This document shows, one piece after another, positions 58,201-64,000 of a stretch of DNA of 64,000 nt. Under the pieces are notes generated by a model, which worked only from the letters and a program-made list of their open reading frames with translations, was not told where the DNA came from and ran no database searches. Made by a program: the position numbers and the translations under genes. Within the stretch, counting starts at the first letter, position 1. Each line of letters opens with the position of its first letter. The DNA is from Eledone cirrhosa (taxonomy: Eukaryota). The DNA lies in contig OZ024749.1 of assembly GCA_964016885.1 (NCBI GenBank), positions 10,416,001-10,480,000 of the forward strand, in the 5' to 3' direction.

Positions 58201-61072
58201 GGAGTAGGTAATAATGTAGTTTACCTGTGTCAGTAATGGTGGAGTGGGTAGTGATGTAGTTTACCTGTGTCAGTAATGGTGGAGTAGGTAGTGATGTAGT
58301 TTACCTGTGTCAGTAATGGTGGAGTGGGTAGTGATGTAGTTTACCTGTGTCAGTAATGGTGGAGTGGGTAGTGATGTAGTTTACCTGTGTCAGTAATGGT
58401 GGAGTGGGTAGTGATGTAGTTTACCTGTGTCAGTAATGGTGGAGTAGGTAGTGATGTAGTTTACCTGTGTCAGTAATGGTGGAGTGGGTAGTGATGTAGT
58501 TTACCTGTGTCAGTAATGGTGGAGTAGGTAATAATGTAGTTTACCTGTGTCAGTAATGGTGGAGTAGGTAGTGATGTAGTTTACCTGTGTCAGTAATGGT
58601 GGAGTAGGTAATAATGTAGTTTACCTGTGTCAGTAATGGTGGAGTAGGTAGTGATGTAGTTTACCTGTGTCAGTAATGGTGGAGTAGGTAATAATGTAGT
58701 TTACCTGTGTCAGTAATGGTGGAGTAGGTAGTGATGTAGTTTACCTGTGTCAGTAATGGTGGAGTAGGTAGTGATGTAGTTTACCTGTGTCAGTAATGGT
58801 GGAGTAGGTAGTGATGTAGTTTACCTGTGTCAGTAATGGTGGAGTGGGTAGTGATGTAGTTTACCTGTGTCAGTAATGGTGGAGTAGGTAGTGATGTAGT
58901 TTACCTGTGTCAGTAATGGTGGAGTAGGTAGTGATGTAGTTTACCTGTGTCAGTAATGGTGGAGTGGGTAGTGATGTAGTTTACCTGTGTCAGTAATGGT
59001 GGAGTAGGTAATAATGTAGTTTACCTGTGTCAGTAATGGTGGAGTAGGTAGTGATGTAGTTTACCTGTGTCAGTAATGGTGGAGTAGGTAGTGATGTAGT
59101 TTACCTGTGTCAGTAATGGTGGAGTGGGTAGTGATGTAGTTTACCTGTGTCAGTAATGGTGGAGTAGGTAGTGATGTAGTTTACCTGTGTCAGTAATGGT
59201 GGAGTAGGTAGTGATGTAGTTTACCTGTGTCAGTAATGGTGGAGTAGGTAGTGATGTAGTTTACCTGTGTCAGTAATGGTGGAGTAGGTAGTGATGTAGT
59301 TTACCTGTGTCAGTAATGGTGGAGTGGGTAGTGATGTAGTTTACCTGTGTCAGTAATGGTGGAGTAGGTAGTGATGTAGTTTACCTGTGTCAGTAATGGT
59401 GGAGTAGGTAGTGATGTAGTTTACCTGTGTCAGTAATGGTGGAGTAGGTAGTGATGTAGTTTACCTGTGTCAGTAATGGTGGAGTAGGTAGTGATGTAGT
59501 TTACCTGTGTCAGTAATGGTGGAGTGGGTAGTGATGTAGTTTACCTGTGTCAGTAATGGTGGAGTAGGTAGTGATGTAGTTTACCTGTGTCAGTAATGGT
59601 GGAGTAGGTAGTGATGTAGTTTACCTGTGTCAGTAATGGTGGAGTGGGTAGTGATGTAGTTTACCTGTGTCAGTAATGGTGGAGTAGGTAGTGATGTAGT
59701 TTACCTGTGTCAGTAATGGTGGAGTAGGTAGTGATGTAGTTTACCTGTGTCAGTAATGGTGGAGTGGGTAGTGATGTAGTTTACCTGTGTCAGTAATGGT
59801 GGAGTAGGTAGTGATGTAGTTTACCTGTGTCAGTAATGGTGGAGTAGGTAGTGATGTAGTTTACCTGTGTCAGTAATGGTGGAGTAGGTAGTGATGTAGT
59901 TTACCTGTGTCAGTAATGGTGGAGTGGGTAGTGATGTAGTTTACCTGTGTCAGTAATGGTGGAGTAGGTAGTGATGTAGTTTACCTGTGTCAGTAATGGT
60001 GGAGTAGGTAGCCATTAGGAAGATCTCTTAGACACATTAACAGTTAACTGATGATAATAAACTAATGAAGGATTGAGATAAGAGGAGGGGGGAGTAATTA
60101 GTAGAGATGGGGGGAGGGGGTTAATTAGTAGAGATAAGGGTGGGGTGTAATTAGTAGGGATAAGGGGTGTAAATAATAGGGATAAGGGTGGGGGTGTCAT
60201 TAATAGGGATAGGGGGTGGGGGTGTAATTTGTAGGGATAGGGGGTGGGGGTGTAATTTGTAGGGATAGGGGGTGTGTGTAATTAGTAGAGATAAGAGGGG
60301 TGTAATTAGTAGGATAATGGGTGGGGGGTGTAATTAGTAGAGATAAGGGGTGGGGGTGTAGTTTGTAGGGATAAGGGGGGTGTAATTTGTAGGGATTAGG
60401 GGGGGGTGTGTAATTTGTAGGGATAAGGGGGGTGTAATTAGTAGGGATAAGGGGGGGGGGGGTGTAATTAGTAGAGATAAGAGAGAGGAATAAGGAAAGA
60501 AAAAACAGACAGGGTTGATGAAAGATTAACAGTGGTAGCATGTTTATGTTGCAGGCAGCACTTCGTTTGGTCCCTATTGTATGGGTGAAGTTCTCAACTG
60601 ATCATCTCAGGCCTCAGCCACACTGACAACAACATCATGAACCTTTAATGGCATAGATACTAGCACCAGCATGTATATATGAAGGAATGTATGTGTATAT
60701 ATTTTCTTTTCAATGGCTGACAATACCTTACCGGCGCCACTCGAATAAGGTAGTTATTTAACCCATAAATGGGGCCCTAACAGGTACTACTACTCCTGGG
60801 AGTTATGACAACTAAGGAGTAACTCCACATTCCCCACAGCTCCTGAACTCCCGAACTGGAGCCTTGCCACTGGATGTAGTTTAATGTCATAGCCAGGACA
60901 TATGTGTATATATGTGTGCATTCATATATTTCTATATGTGTATGTGGTGTATATAATATGGGACAACATCTAAAGAACTGATAAAGAATCAAACAGCTCT
61001 TTACTTACCCTTTTCCATATACCAACTTTTCAGTTTCAACATTAACTTTTCAGTACTGCTGTCTTTAGCAAC
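14852..61072 (-). CDS. ECPAS: Proteasome adaptor and scaffold protein ECM29, C-terminal 12 coding exons (5' part lies beyond the window end)
   Basis: Twelve exons with GT-AG boundaries and compatible phases join to 1263 nt. The translation (VAKDSSTEKLMLKLKSWYMEK...SPDVLKRHA...WEIKSQAA...GLSGRTWKGKE...ECKKEKKEYRIKA...KAWPEN...WKLQ...KYSMIRSEA) aligns colinearly, from recall, with the vertebrate ECM29 C-terminus (DSSTEKLLQKLNGWYMEK, SPDVLKNHA, GLAGRTWAGKE, KAWP, WKVQ). Confidence 0.93.
15039..15770. repeat. Compound trinucleotide microsatellite (ACT)n/(GGT)n/(GAT)n
   Basis: Direct reading. Confidence 0.95.
15785..18936 (+). mobile_element. Near full-length decayed RTE LINE (family A) with stops and frameshifts, short tail
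   Basis: ORF pieces at 15872 (MKTSHLRVATLNVGTL), 16274, 17184, 17776 and 18724 reconstruct APE-RT-PHD. It ends cccacccttgcaagcagggtaaagcggacgtaa(atg)n. Confidence 0.95.
19007..19290 (+). mobile_element. SINE 3' half with long (ATG)n tail
   Basis: Matches 63147-63345. Confidence 0.8.
19317..19388 (-). CDS. ECPAS: ECM29 exon (GNVKYSMIRSEAMVVISQIVQKLH)
   Basis: gaacag acceptor, gtgaga donor, 72 nt; matches the NKTYSSVRTEAL motif. Confidence 0.88.
19548..20715. repeat. 48-bp minisatellite, about 24 diverged copies
   Basis: Unit ccactttacagagtgtactgggtgtattttattgtggcaccaacacta. Confidence 0.95.
20880..20977 (-). CDS. ECPAS: ECM29 exon (RLLIWKDQNAVSSNGELVSKIINQLLSAVIPCL)
   Basis: ttcttatcag acceptor, gtaaga donor, 98 nt. 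Confidence 0.87.
21250..24680. repeat. 48/46-bp minisatellite, about 70 copies
   Basis: Unit accactttagatagtgtactgggtgtattttattgtgtcaccagcact. Confidence 0.97.
24808..24913 (-). CDS. ECPAS: ECM29 exon (NSYQVLFCEQLCHSFMKGVWKLQITIMKSIQIYLN)
   Basis: tatttccag acceptor, gtgagt donor, 106 nt. Confidence 0.9.
25026..25177. mobile_element. Possible hAT-type MITE
   Basis: Imperfect TIRs CAGTGGCGTAGCCAG / CTAGCTGCGCTATTG; no clear TSD. Confidence 0.4.
25268..25700 (-). mobile_element. tRNA-derived SINE with RTE-type tail (extra internal ~50-bp repeat)
   Basis: Same family as 63019-63345. Confidence 0.88.
26370..26627 (-). mobile_element. Older tRNA-derived SINE (related copies at about 220-360 and 2460-2650)
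   Basis: Shared ctggagcaac.tgaaatgaagtgtcttgctcaagaacacaac core; A-box at the 5' end runs into the 34-bp array. Confidence 0.7.
26594..30767. repeat. 34-bp minisatellite, about 123 copies
   Basis: Unit acacctttaccactaggc(c/t)acacacctccacaga. Confidence 0.98.
30823..30943 (-). CDS. ECPAS: ECM29 exon (SESDSNEDE...LEYQQTVFQCLTKAWPENTHTQ)
   Basis: tttattccag acceptor, gtaaga donor, 121 nt. Confidence 0.9.
31005..31400 (-). mobile_element. Two adjacent Nin/Deu-domain-like SINEs (other copies at about 2140-2325 +, 11640-11790 -, 12035-12130 +, 26150-26280 -)
   Basis: Core aactttgc(c/t)tttcatc...gtcgataaaataaagtacca and B-box gttcaaat. Confidence 0.7.
31583..32966. repeat. ~100-bp tandem repeat (about 6 units) interrupted by a Helitron
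   Basis: catacattatatatgatgttaccgaagggaaaggaggcaaaggttgatacagcttggcaccagtgacatctcaacatatata repeated. Confidence 0.85.
31870..32669 (+). mobile_element. Non-autonomous Helitron
   Basis: 5' TC start; 3' hairpin cccaagcaacgccggg followed by CTAG. Inserted at A|T without a TSD, splitting one unit of the flanking ~100-bp tandem repeat. Internal ~93-bp repeats at 32162-32385. Confidence 0.8.
33171..33317 (-). CDS. ECPAS: ECM29 exon (VFDVILRECKKEKKEYRIKALQAAGAILELYKEDRF...LDP)
   Basis: ctttgtttag acceptor, gtaatt donor, 147 nt. Confidence 0.92.
33433..33653. mobile_element. piggyBac-type MITE (TTAA-flanked); related right end at about 56390-56464
   Basis: TTAA|CCTTTT...AAAGGG|TTAA. Confidence 0.5.
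33940..36497. repeat. 27/28-bp AT-rich, internally palindromic minisatellite, about 93 copies
   Basis: Unit tatatgtttattgtatataacatatag (tatatgtt...aacatata). Confidence 0.97.
37057..37111 (-). CDS. ECPAS: ECM29 exon (KPLLENRTEVTDDQPDINQ)
   Basis: ttcttgcag acceptor, gttagt donor, 55 nt, phase 2/0. Confidence 0.83.
37152..37381. mobile_element. piggyBac-type MITE (TTAA-flanked)
   Basis: TTAA|CCCTTTT...AAAAGGG|TTAA. Confidence 0.6.
37353..38063. repeat. 47-bp minisatellite, about 15 copies
   Basis: Unit tttcattagaaatatggtaacaaaagggttaaccgtttcttactcta. Confidence 0.96.
38130..39045 (+). mobile_element. Decayed CRE-like (RLE-type) non-LTR retrotransposon RT fragment
   Basis: GIDGLQPQHLKD, LIAVGCTLHCLIAKVC, QLGVGTKLGCEAAAHATR, KLDLKNAFNS and GVQQHDPQG across frameshifts. 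Confidence 0.8.
39140..39621 (+). mobile_element. Penelope-like element GIY-YIG endonuclease 3' fragment
   Basis: From 39295: VVYWLECNKCNLFYTGSTIRLLHLRIKEH...HKHIIKC...LRIKEALLIKQLKPRIN. Confidence 0.85.
39711..42952 (+). mobile_element. RTE-clade LINE, young, slightly 5'-truncated copy with long 3' UTR and (GAT)n tail (family B)
   Basis: Contains the 959-aa ORF 39726-42605. Starts at KLFWVG, so it lacks the APE N-terminus seen at 15872. The tail ends ggacgttaaacgtt(gat)n. Confidence 0.95.
39726..42605 (+). CDS. RTE ORF: AP endonuclease + reverse transcriptase + PHD-type Cys/His finger + RTE C-terminal domain
   Basis: APE motifs SAYAPQ, GDLNGH, VDYIL, SQHRL; RT motifs [30 protein letters not shown]; CSVC...CPKC..WVHKRC...CGRC; RRLRWYGHV; GRPRKTW. 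No stops. Confidence 0.92.
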   Translation: MGNDDGLGGVGIMVAEKWADKIIDVNRVNDRIIKIRLVLNRTTVTVISAYAPQSRLPGTIKDRFYETLMLTTSQISDSDYIIIAGDLNGHVGQHCDGYDEIHGGYGFGTRNEEGSRILEFCDANNLTICNTNFKKRDNHLITYRSGEHTSQVDYILTRRRDRVSVVNTKSLPHEECTSQHRLIISDLIVRTRRTRQQKRTILRRKIWKLKDPTAKNKFQNILLDAFDSKEEHLESDNIEGQWEFLKANLLLATDEVCGWSRPVGRRRVTWWWNSKVEGSIKAKKQAWKVWRDGGSRVDYQVARREARREVYLARREAEERKFKHVLQRDDQKREVFRIARQCVKENRDIVGEKCVLNDDGILAITDTDKKVAWKCHYERLLNEENKWEKDSLPHVDPIEGPAVLVEGSIISKAIKDMKTGKAAGPSEIVAEMLKASGTVGHTMVTRIVNQVVQNGVVPKDWHSSIIVNCYKGKGDALDRSNYRGIKLIDQVMKVTEKVIAQLIRERIDLDEMQFGFVSGKSTTDALFIVRQLQEKFLAKGKPLYLAFVDLEKAFDRVPRSIIWWALRKLGVDEWLVRAIQAMYKETVSKVRINNEYSEEFSVKVGVHQGSVLSPLLFIIALQAITEEFKTGCPWELLYADDLTLIAESMAELEKKFQTWKHGLESKGLKINLAKTKVLVCRKENKAAVPSGKWSCSVCRKGVGRNSILCPKCKVWVHKRCSGITGKLTKNIDFTCGRCSGAISSSKCPQNTSSFNCAEGSIEIVDSFRYLGDKISSGGGCSESTVARVRTGWKKFRELIPLLAAKGFSLKMKGRLYDACIRTAMLHGSETWALCAEDIRRLERNEACMLRWMCNSNIRERQSINGLRKKLEIRGIRCCLLERRLRWYGHVMRMKVDSCITKCRAIKIDGSHGIGRPRKTWDELINSDLTHLHLSKTMSLDRDLWRYSVTEKTCLASRHL
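43955..43998 (-). CDS. ECPAS: ECM29 exon (ENFLESVEKICCDC)
   Basis: ttttttcag acceptor, gtaagt donor, 44 nt, phase 0/2. Confidence 0.85.
44275..49595. repeat. 52-bp minisatellite, about 102 copies
   Basis: Unit ctaccagtccctactatagctgagatataccacctagactggggtgtagagt. Confidence 0.98.
49721..49932 (-). CDS. ECPAS: ECM29 exon (DTESCIQLYLEEITELL...GLSGRTWKGK)
   Basis: tttcgtttcag acceptor, gtttgt donor, 212 nt, open frame. Confidence 0.93.
50088..50917. mobile_element. Second RTE-group (BovB-like) LINE fragment with inverted 5' segment
   Basis: Plus 50579-50917 encodes FADDIVL...GLRMNETKTK...FLYLG...AWAACHSLR. Minus 50578-50088 continues SVWKSDL...LLYGSETW...RRLRLAGH...RGRPRLTYVD. Confidence 0.88.
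50952..51490 (-). mobile_element. RTE family B 3' fragment
   Basis: KIDGSYGVGRLRKTWDEV...DRDLW followed by the 3' UTR and (ATG)n. Confidence 0.85.
51924..51968 (+). ncRNA. Degenerate minimal hammerhead motif
   Basis: atagcc-TTGATAA (two changes from CTGATGA)-cact aaac agtg-GAAA-CGATCG-TC-ggttat. Confidence 0.5.
52243..52316 (-). ncRNA. Type I hammerhead ribozyme motif with intact core
   Basis: Minus strand tatttcat-CTGATGA-(imperfect stem II)-GAAA-CCTTTGG-TA-atggaata. Confidence 0.55.
52554..52934 (-). mobile_element. tRNA-derived SINE with RTE-type tail
   Basis: Same family as 63019-63345, reverse orientation. Confidence 0.88.
53181..53234 (-). CDS. ECPAS: ECM29 exon (DSDSNLSMWDEIWFEIAP)
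   Basis: tttcatttttcag acceptor, gttggt donor, 54 nt; matches the LWxEVWQE motif. Confidence 0.85.
53890..54560 (-). mobile_element. Decayed RTE internal RT fragment
   Basis: MKNGKATGPSEIVAEILKA...NYRGIKL and [17 protein letters not shown]. Confidence 0.85.
54578..55700 (-). mobile_element. Decayed RTE family B 3' half
   Basis: Colinear nucleotide similarity to 5934-6990, including the tail. Confidence 0.85.
55898..56035 (-). CDS. ECPAS: ECM29 exon (DESAQTACVATLYAISQRSPDVLKRHAILVVPFLFFAMHEPKNTTK)
   Basis: cttag acceptor, gtaaga donor, 138 nt, phase 1/1. Confidence 0.92.
56480..56817 (+). mobile_element. CR1-group LINE 3' end
   Basis: YFTSIGPALFNITPK...KKSLDKFLQEI..KPPTP...NNNSLLEW, then a short 3' UTR ending at (TA)n. 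Confidence 0.6.
57567..60011. repeat. 40-bp minisatellite, about 61 copies
   Basis: Unit gtagtttacctgtgtcagtaatggtggagtaggtagtgat. Confidence 0.98.
60085..60482. repeat. G-rich ~25-28-bp tandem repeat
   Basis: ggggtgtaattagtagggataagggg units. Confidence 0.85.
61009..61072 (-). CDS. ECPAS: ECM29 exon (VAKDSSTEKLMLKLKSWYMEK)
   Basis: cttag acceptor, gtaagt donor, 64 nt, phase 0/1. Confidence 0.9.
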
Positions 61073-61141
61073 CTAAGAGGGATGAATGGAATTGAATCAG
61101 ATAAAACAAAGCCTGCTTAACGTCTTATTAAAGTGGATGAC

Positions 61142-61186
<45 letters not shown>

Positions 61187-61372
61187 AATGAGTAGGACCC
61201 CGACGGCTGAGCTCAAGCCATTTTGACGGCTAATTCTGGACACATTAGCCGTCGAAACGGCCTGAGCTCAGCCGTCGGGGTCCTACTCGTTCCTATTACC
61301 CACTCTACTACCCTAAGTATTGAGTACTTTGGTGCGTTATGGTCCACCTGGTTCCTTACCACATTTCCTTCG

Positions 61373-61405
<33 letters not shown>

Positions 61406-61902
61406 TATTTGCATTTGTAAAAGTTTCCTGCATGGCTAAGATCATGAAAATGAATAAAAAAAAAAAAAGGTGGATGATGACAACGGAAAAACAAATGGAA
61501 CACTCGAGTCCTTTCTCATCAGTCAACCTTTGAAGTTCCTCATGGTTTCAGTACTTTAAGGTCAATACCCCTAGCTCCAGTGCACATAGGACAGTAACAA
61601 ATGAACACAAGGCAGGACAACTAATCTTTTGAGTATTTACAAAAATAAAATTTGCCACAAACCATTGTGTTGCAACTGGAAAGAAGAGATAGAAAGAAAG
61701 GCCAAGAAGAGAAAGTATGCAGAGAAGATGAAGAGGGAAAGGGGGGGGGGAAGAGACAGAGAATATATAAACATTATTAAAATGAATTATTTATTTGGAT
61801 GTAAGTCCTATATAGACAGACACAACATGGAAGAAGCAGAGAGAGTATGAGAAAAAGAGAAGAGAGCAAAGGAACTCTTGACAACAGATTCTGTCTGAAT
61901 TA

Positions 61903-62353
61903 CTGTATGTACTCGAATATAAGCTGATCCTCCTATTTTATACCTGCGAAATGGGCAAAAATCCCAACCCTGTGTTTAAGCCAAAGCAGTAAATCAATAC
62001 ATTGTTTAAATGGTGCAGTTTAGAAATTCTCGTGAGTGGAGAGTATATTTATGAAGTTTTAATATTTTGATATTTAAAATGTTCTAAGTGTCATTTAGAA
62101 TAGTTTTTATTTCACAACTTTATTATGTAATGAATTTTTACCAATTTCCGACTATTTTGAAAGCCATATTCATTGAAAATATATAAAAAGCAATAGAAAA
62201 TATGAATTTCACATCCAAAGTGAAAATATTTTTGCACCTCATTTACATAGAATTTTGAAGTTGGTGAAAATCGGCAAAATATAAGCCGTCCCCCATTTTA
62301 CCATCGATTATTTTTTGTTACATATTTCTCAGCTTATATACAAGTATATACAG
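61903..62353. mobile_element. Tc2/pogo-type MITE
   Basis: TIRs CTGTATGTACTCGAATATAAGCTGA / TCAGCTTATATACAAGTATATACAG flanked by TA. Confidence 0.75.
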
Positions 62354-62807
62354 TAGTTATAACCTCATTATCAGAAATAGCTATCATAAAACATTTATTT
62401 AAGACCAGTAAAAATCCAGCTTCCATCTTTTCTGTTGCCTCTCTTCTTCTCACTCTATTGGTCAGTTGATAGCTGGCACCTGGCTGTAGCAGTCACTGGT
62501 CATTAAGGCACTGCTGTAGCCAGGTCAGTAAATCTGCTGTGCACAAGGCAATATCTTATTTCAACCAAATTTCAACATATCACAACAAAATGCTTTCATC
62601 TCTGAACACTACATTTAGCAACCTGTTAATGAAACTTATATCAAACCTTTTACTTATCCTGGTTGTGATATATTTTGCTACATGGTGTCGTTGTACATCA
62701 TGGCACAAATGAAAATATCAAAATTAGCAGTTTGATTTTCCTTGTTAATCTGTTTCGATTTATTATTGGTCCTGATCATTATGTACAACACACTACAATT
62801 CAATGAC

Positions 62808-62923
62808 TAACAACACACACAGCAACCAACCACATAACTCACAACAAACACAGCAACCAACCACATAACTCACAACACACACAGCAACCAACCACATAAC
62901 TCACAACACACAGCAACCAACCA
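62808..62923. repeat. ~31-bp tandem repeat, about 4 copies
   Basis: caacacacacagcaaccaaccacataactca. Confidence 0.8.
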
Positions 62924-63018
62924 GAGAGAGCTTTTTCTCGTGGCATCAGCACTACCACATTATATATATATAGTTTATTTTATCATGTTATTAAAGTGCA
63001 TATATATATATGTACAGA

Positions 63019-63345
63019 TGGAGGCACATGGCTTAGTGGTTAGAGCATTGGCCTTGCAATCGAAAGGTTGTGATTTCAATTCTCAGACCGGGTGATGTGT
63101 TGTTTCCTTGAGCAAGACACTTTATTTCACATTGCTCCAGTTTACTCAGCTGTAGAAATGAGATGATAGGGACTGGGGTCCCTATCATTCCACTGCAAAG
63201 TGGTCGTGGAGGTGCCACGGCAAAAAAGCACCCAGCACTCACTGTAAATGAGGTTGGTGTTAGGAAGGGCATCCAGCTGTAGAAATCAAGCCAGAATCAG
63301 TTCCCGTCCCACCCCTGCAAGCAGGGAAAAGTGGACGTAAAATGA
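63019..63345 (+). mobile_element. tRNA-derived SINE with RTE-type tail
   Basis: A-box TGGCTTAGTGG, B-box-like TTCAATTC, body with ggaagggcatccagctgtagaaa, tail nearly identical to RTE family A. Confidence 0.88.
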
Positions 63346-63404
63346 GCACACACACACACATTTCATCTTATTATGTTATGTATCATAATCTATTTACCTA
63401 TGCC

Positions 63405-63995
63405 TACTTTGAAAAACTCAACTTTACACTCACAGAAGATCTGAAGAAGAGGGAGGAATACTACTCCTATTGGTGCCTTCAGCCTAACCTAAGCAAAACC
63501 ATTGTGACTGCCTTTCATCTCAGCACCAGACAAACTAGGATGAAACTCAAGGTCTCCTTCTGTGGTAGACCTGTCAAGAATGGACCACACCTCAAATATC
63601 TTGGTGTAACATTGGATGGCAGACTAACTTACCAAAAATGGTTGCTGGAAAGCTCAAGACCAGGATTAATATCATCCACAAGTTAGCAAGAAAGAGTTGG
63701 GGGCCTGATGCACATCACCTACACTCTAAACTGCATGCTTAGTACTTGCATACTCAGCTGCAGAGTACTGTTCACAAGTGTGCACAGGGAGGTGCTATAT
63801 CAAGCAAGTCAACACCATCCTCAACTCTTCAATGATAATAGTATCTGGCACACTGAAATCTACACCTACCTAGTGGATGCCTACCCTTTCTCATATAGTT
63901 CCTTCTCAAATGCAGTGTCAGGAACAAGTCCAAGCCTGACCTTCCCATTTATGAAGTCCTGGAAAACCTTCCTAACATGTGCTCGAAATCACACA
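63405..63995 (+). mobile_element. Decayed Ingi/Vingi-like LINE C-terminal fragment
   Basis: WCLQPNLSKTIVTAFHL...HLKYLGVTLDGRLTY, then KLKTRINIIHKLA..SWG and YSAAEYC in shifted frames. Confidence 0.7.
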
Positions 63996-64000
63996 AACCA

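Noticed and set aside
19548-60011. Long regular arrays as CRISPR arrays
   Set aside because: Units are head-to-tail with no unique spacers, there are no cas genes, and the context is eukaryotic introns.
62400-62560. A further upstream ECM29 exon
   Set aside because: I found no frame with the expected ECM29-like sequence or convincing splice sites; the preceding exon is probably outside the window.
63019-63095. tRNA gene
   Set aside because: The A/B-box head continues into a SINE body and RTE tail, and several diverged copies occur in the window.

Overview
AT-rich, repeat-dense eukaryotic genomic DNA. The SINE and RTE repertoire and the (TA)n/(ATG)n landscape suggest an octopus or other cephalopod; this is an inference. 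The only host gene I can support is the 3' part of ECM29/ECPAS (proteasome adaptor and scaffold) on the minus strand. It has 12 GT-AG exons read by hand from 61072 down to the TGA at 14852. They join in one frame (1263 nt, 420 aa) and are spread over about 46 kb. The rest is mobile and tandem DNA: RTE-clade LINEs (one copy with an uninterrupted 959-aa ORF carrying a PHD-type finger), tRNA-derived SINEs sharing the RTE tail, Nin-domain-like SINEs, fragments of Penelope, CRE, CR1, Vingi and Merlin elements, a Helitron, MITEs and several large minisatellites. The main observations are four. (1) A set of unrelated short elements, mostly beside (TA)n, combines hammerhead-ribozyme motifs, fold-back palindromes and a shared small hairpin (Penelope/retrozyme-like). 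(2) Several minisatellites clearly arose from pieces of adjacent transposable elements, including about 123 tandem Pol III A-boxes. (3) One array repeats a branch-point plus AG|GT motif on the sense strand. (4) There are twin-priming-type LINE structures.
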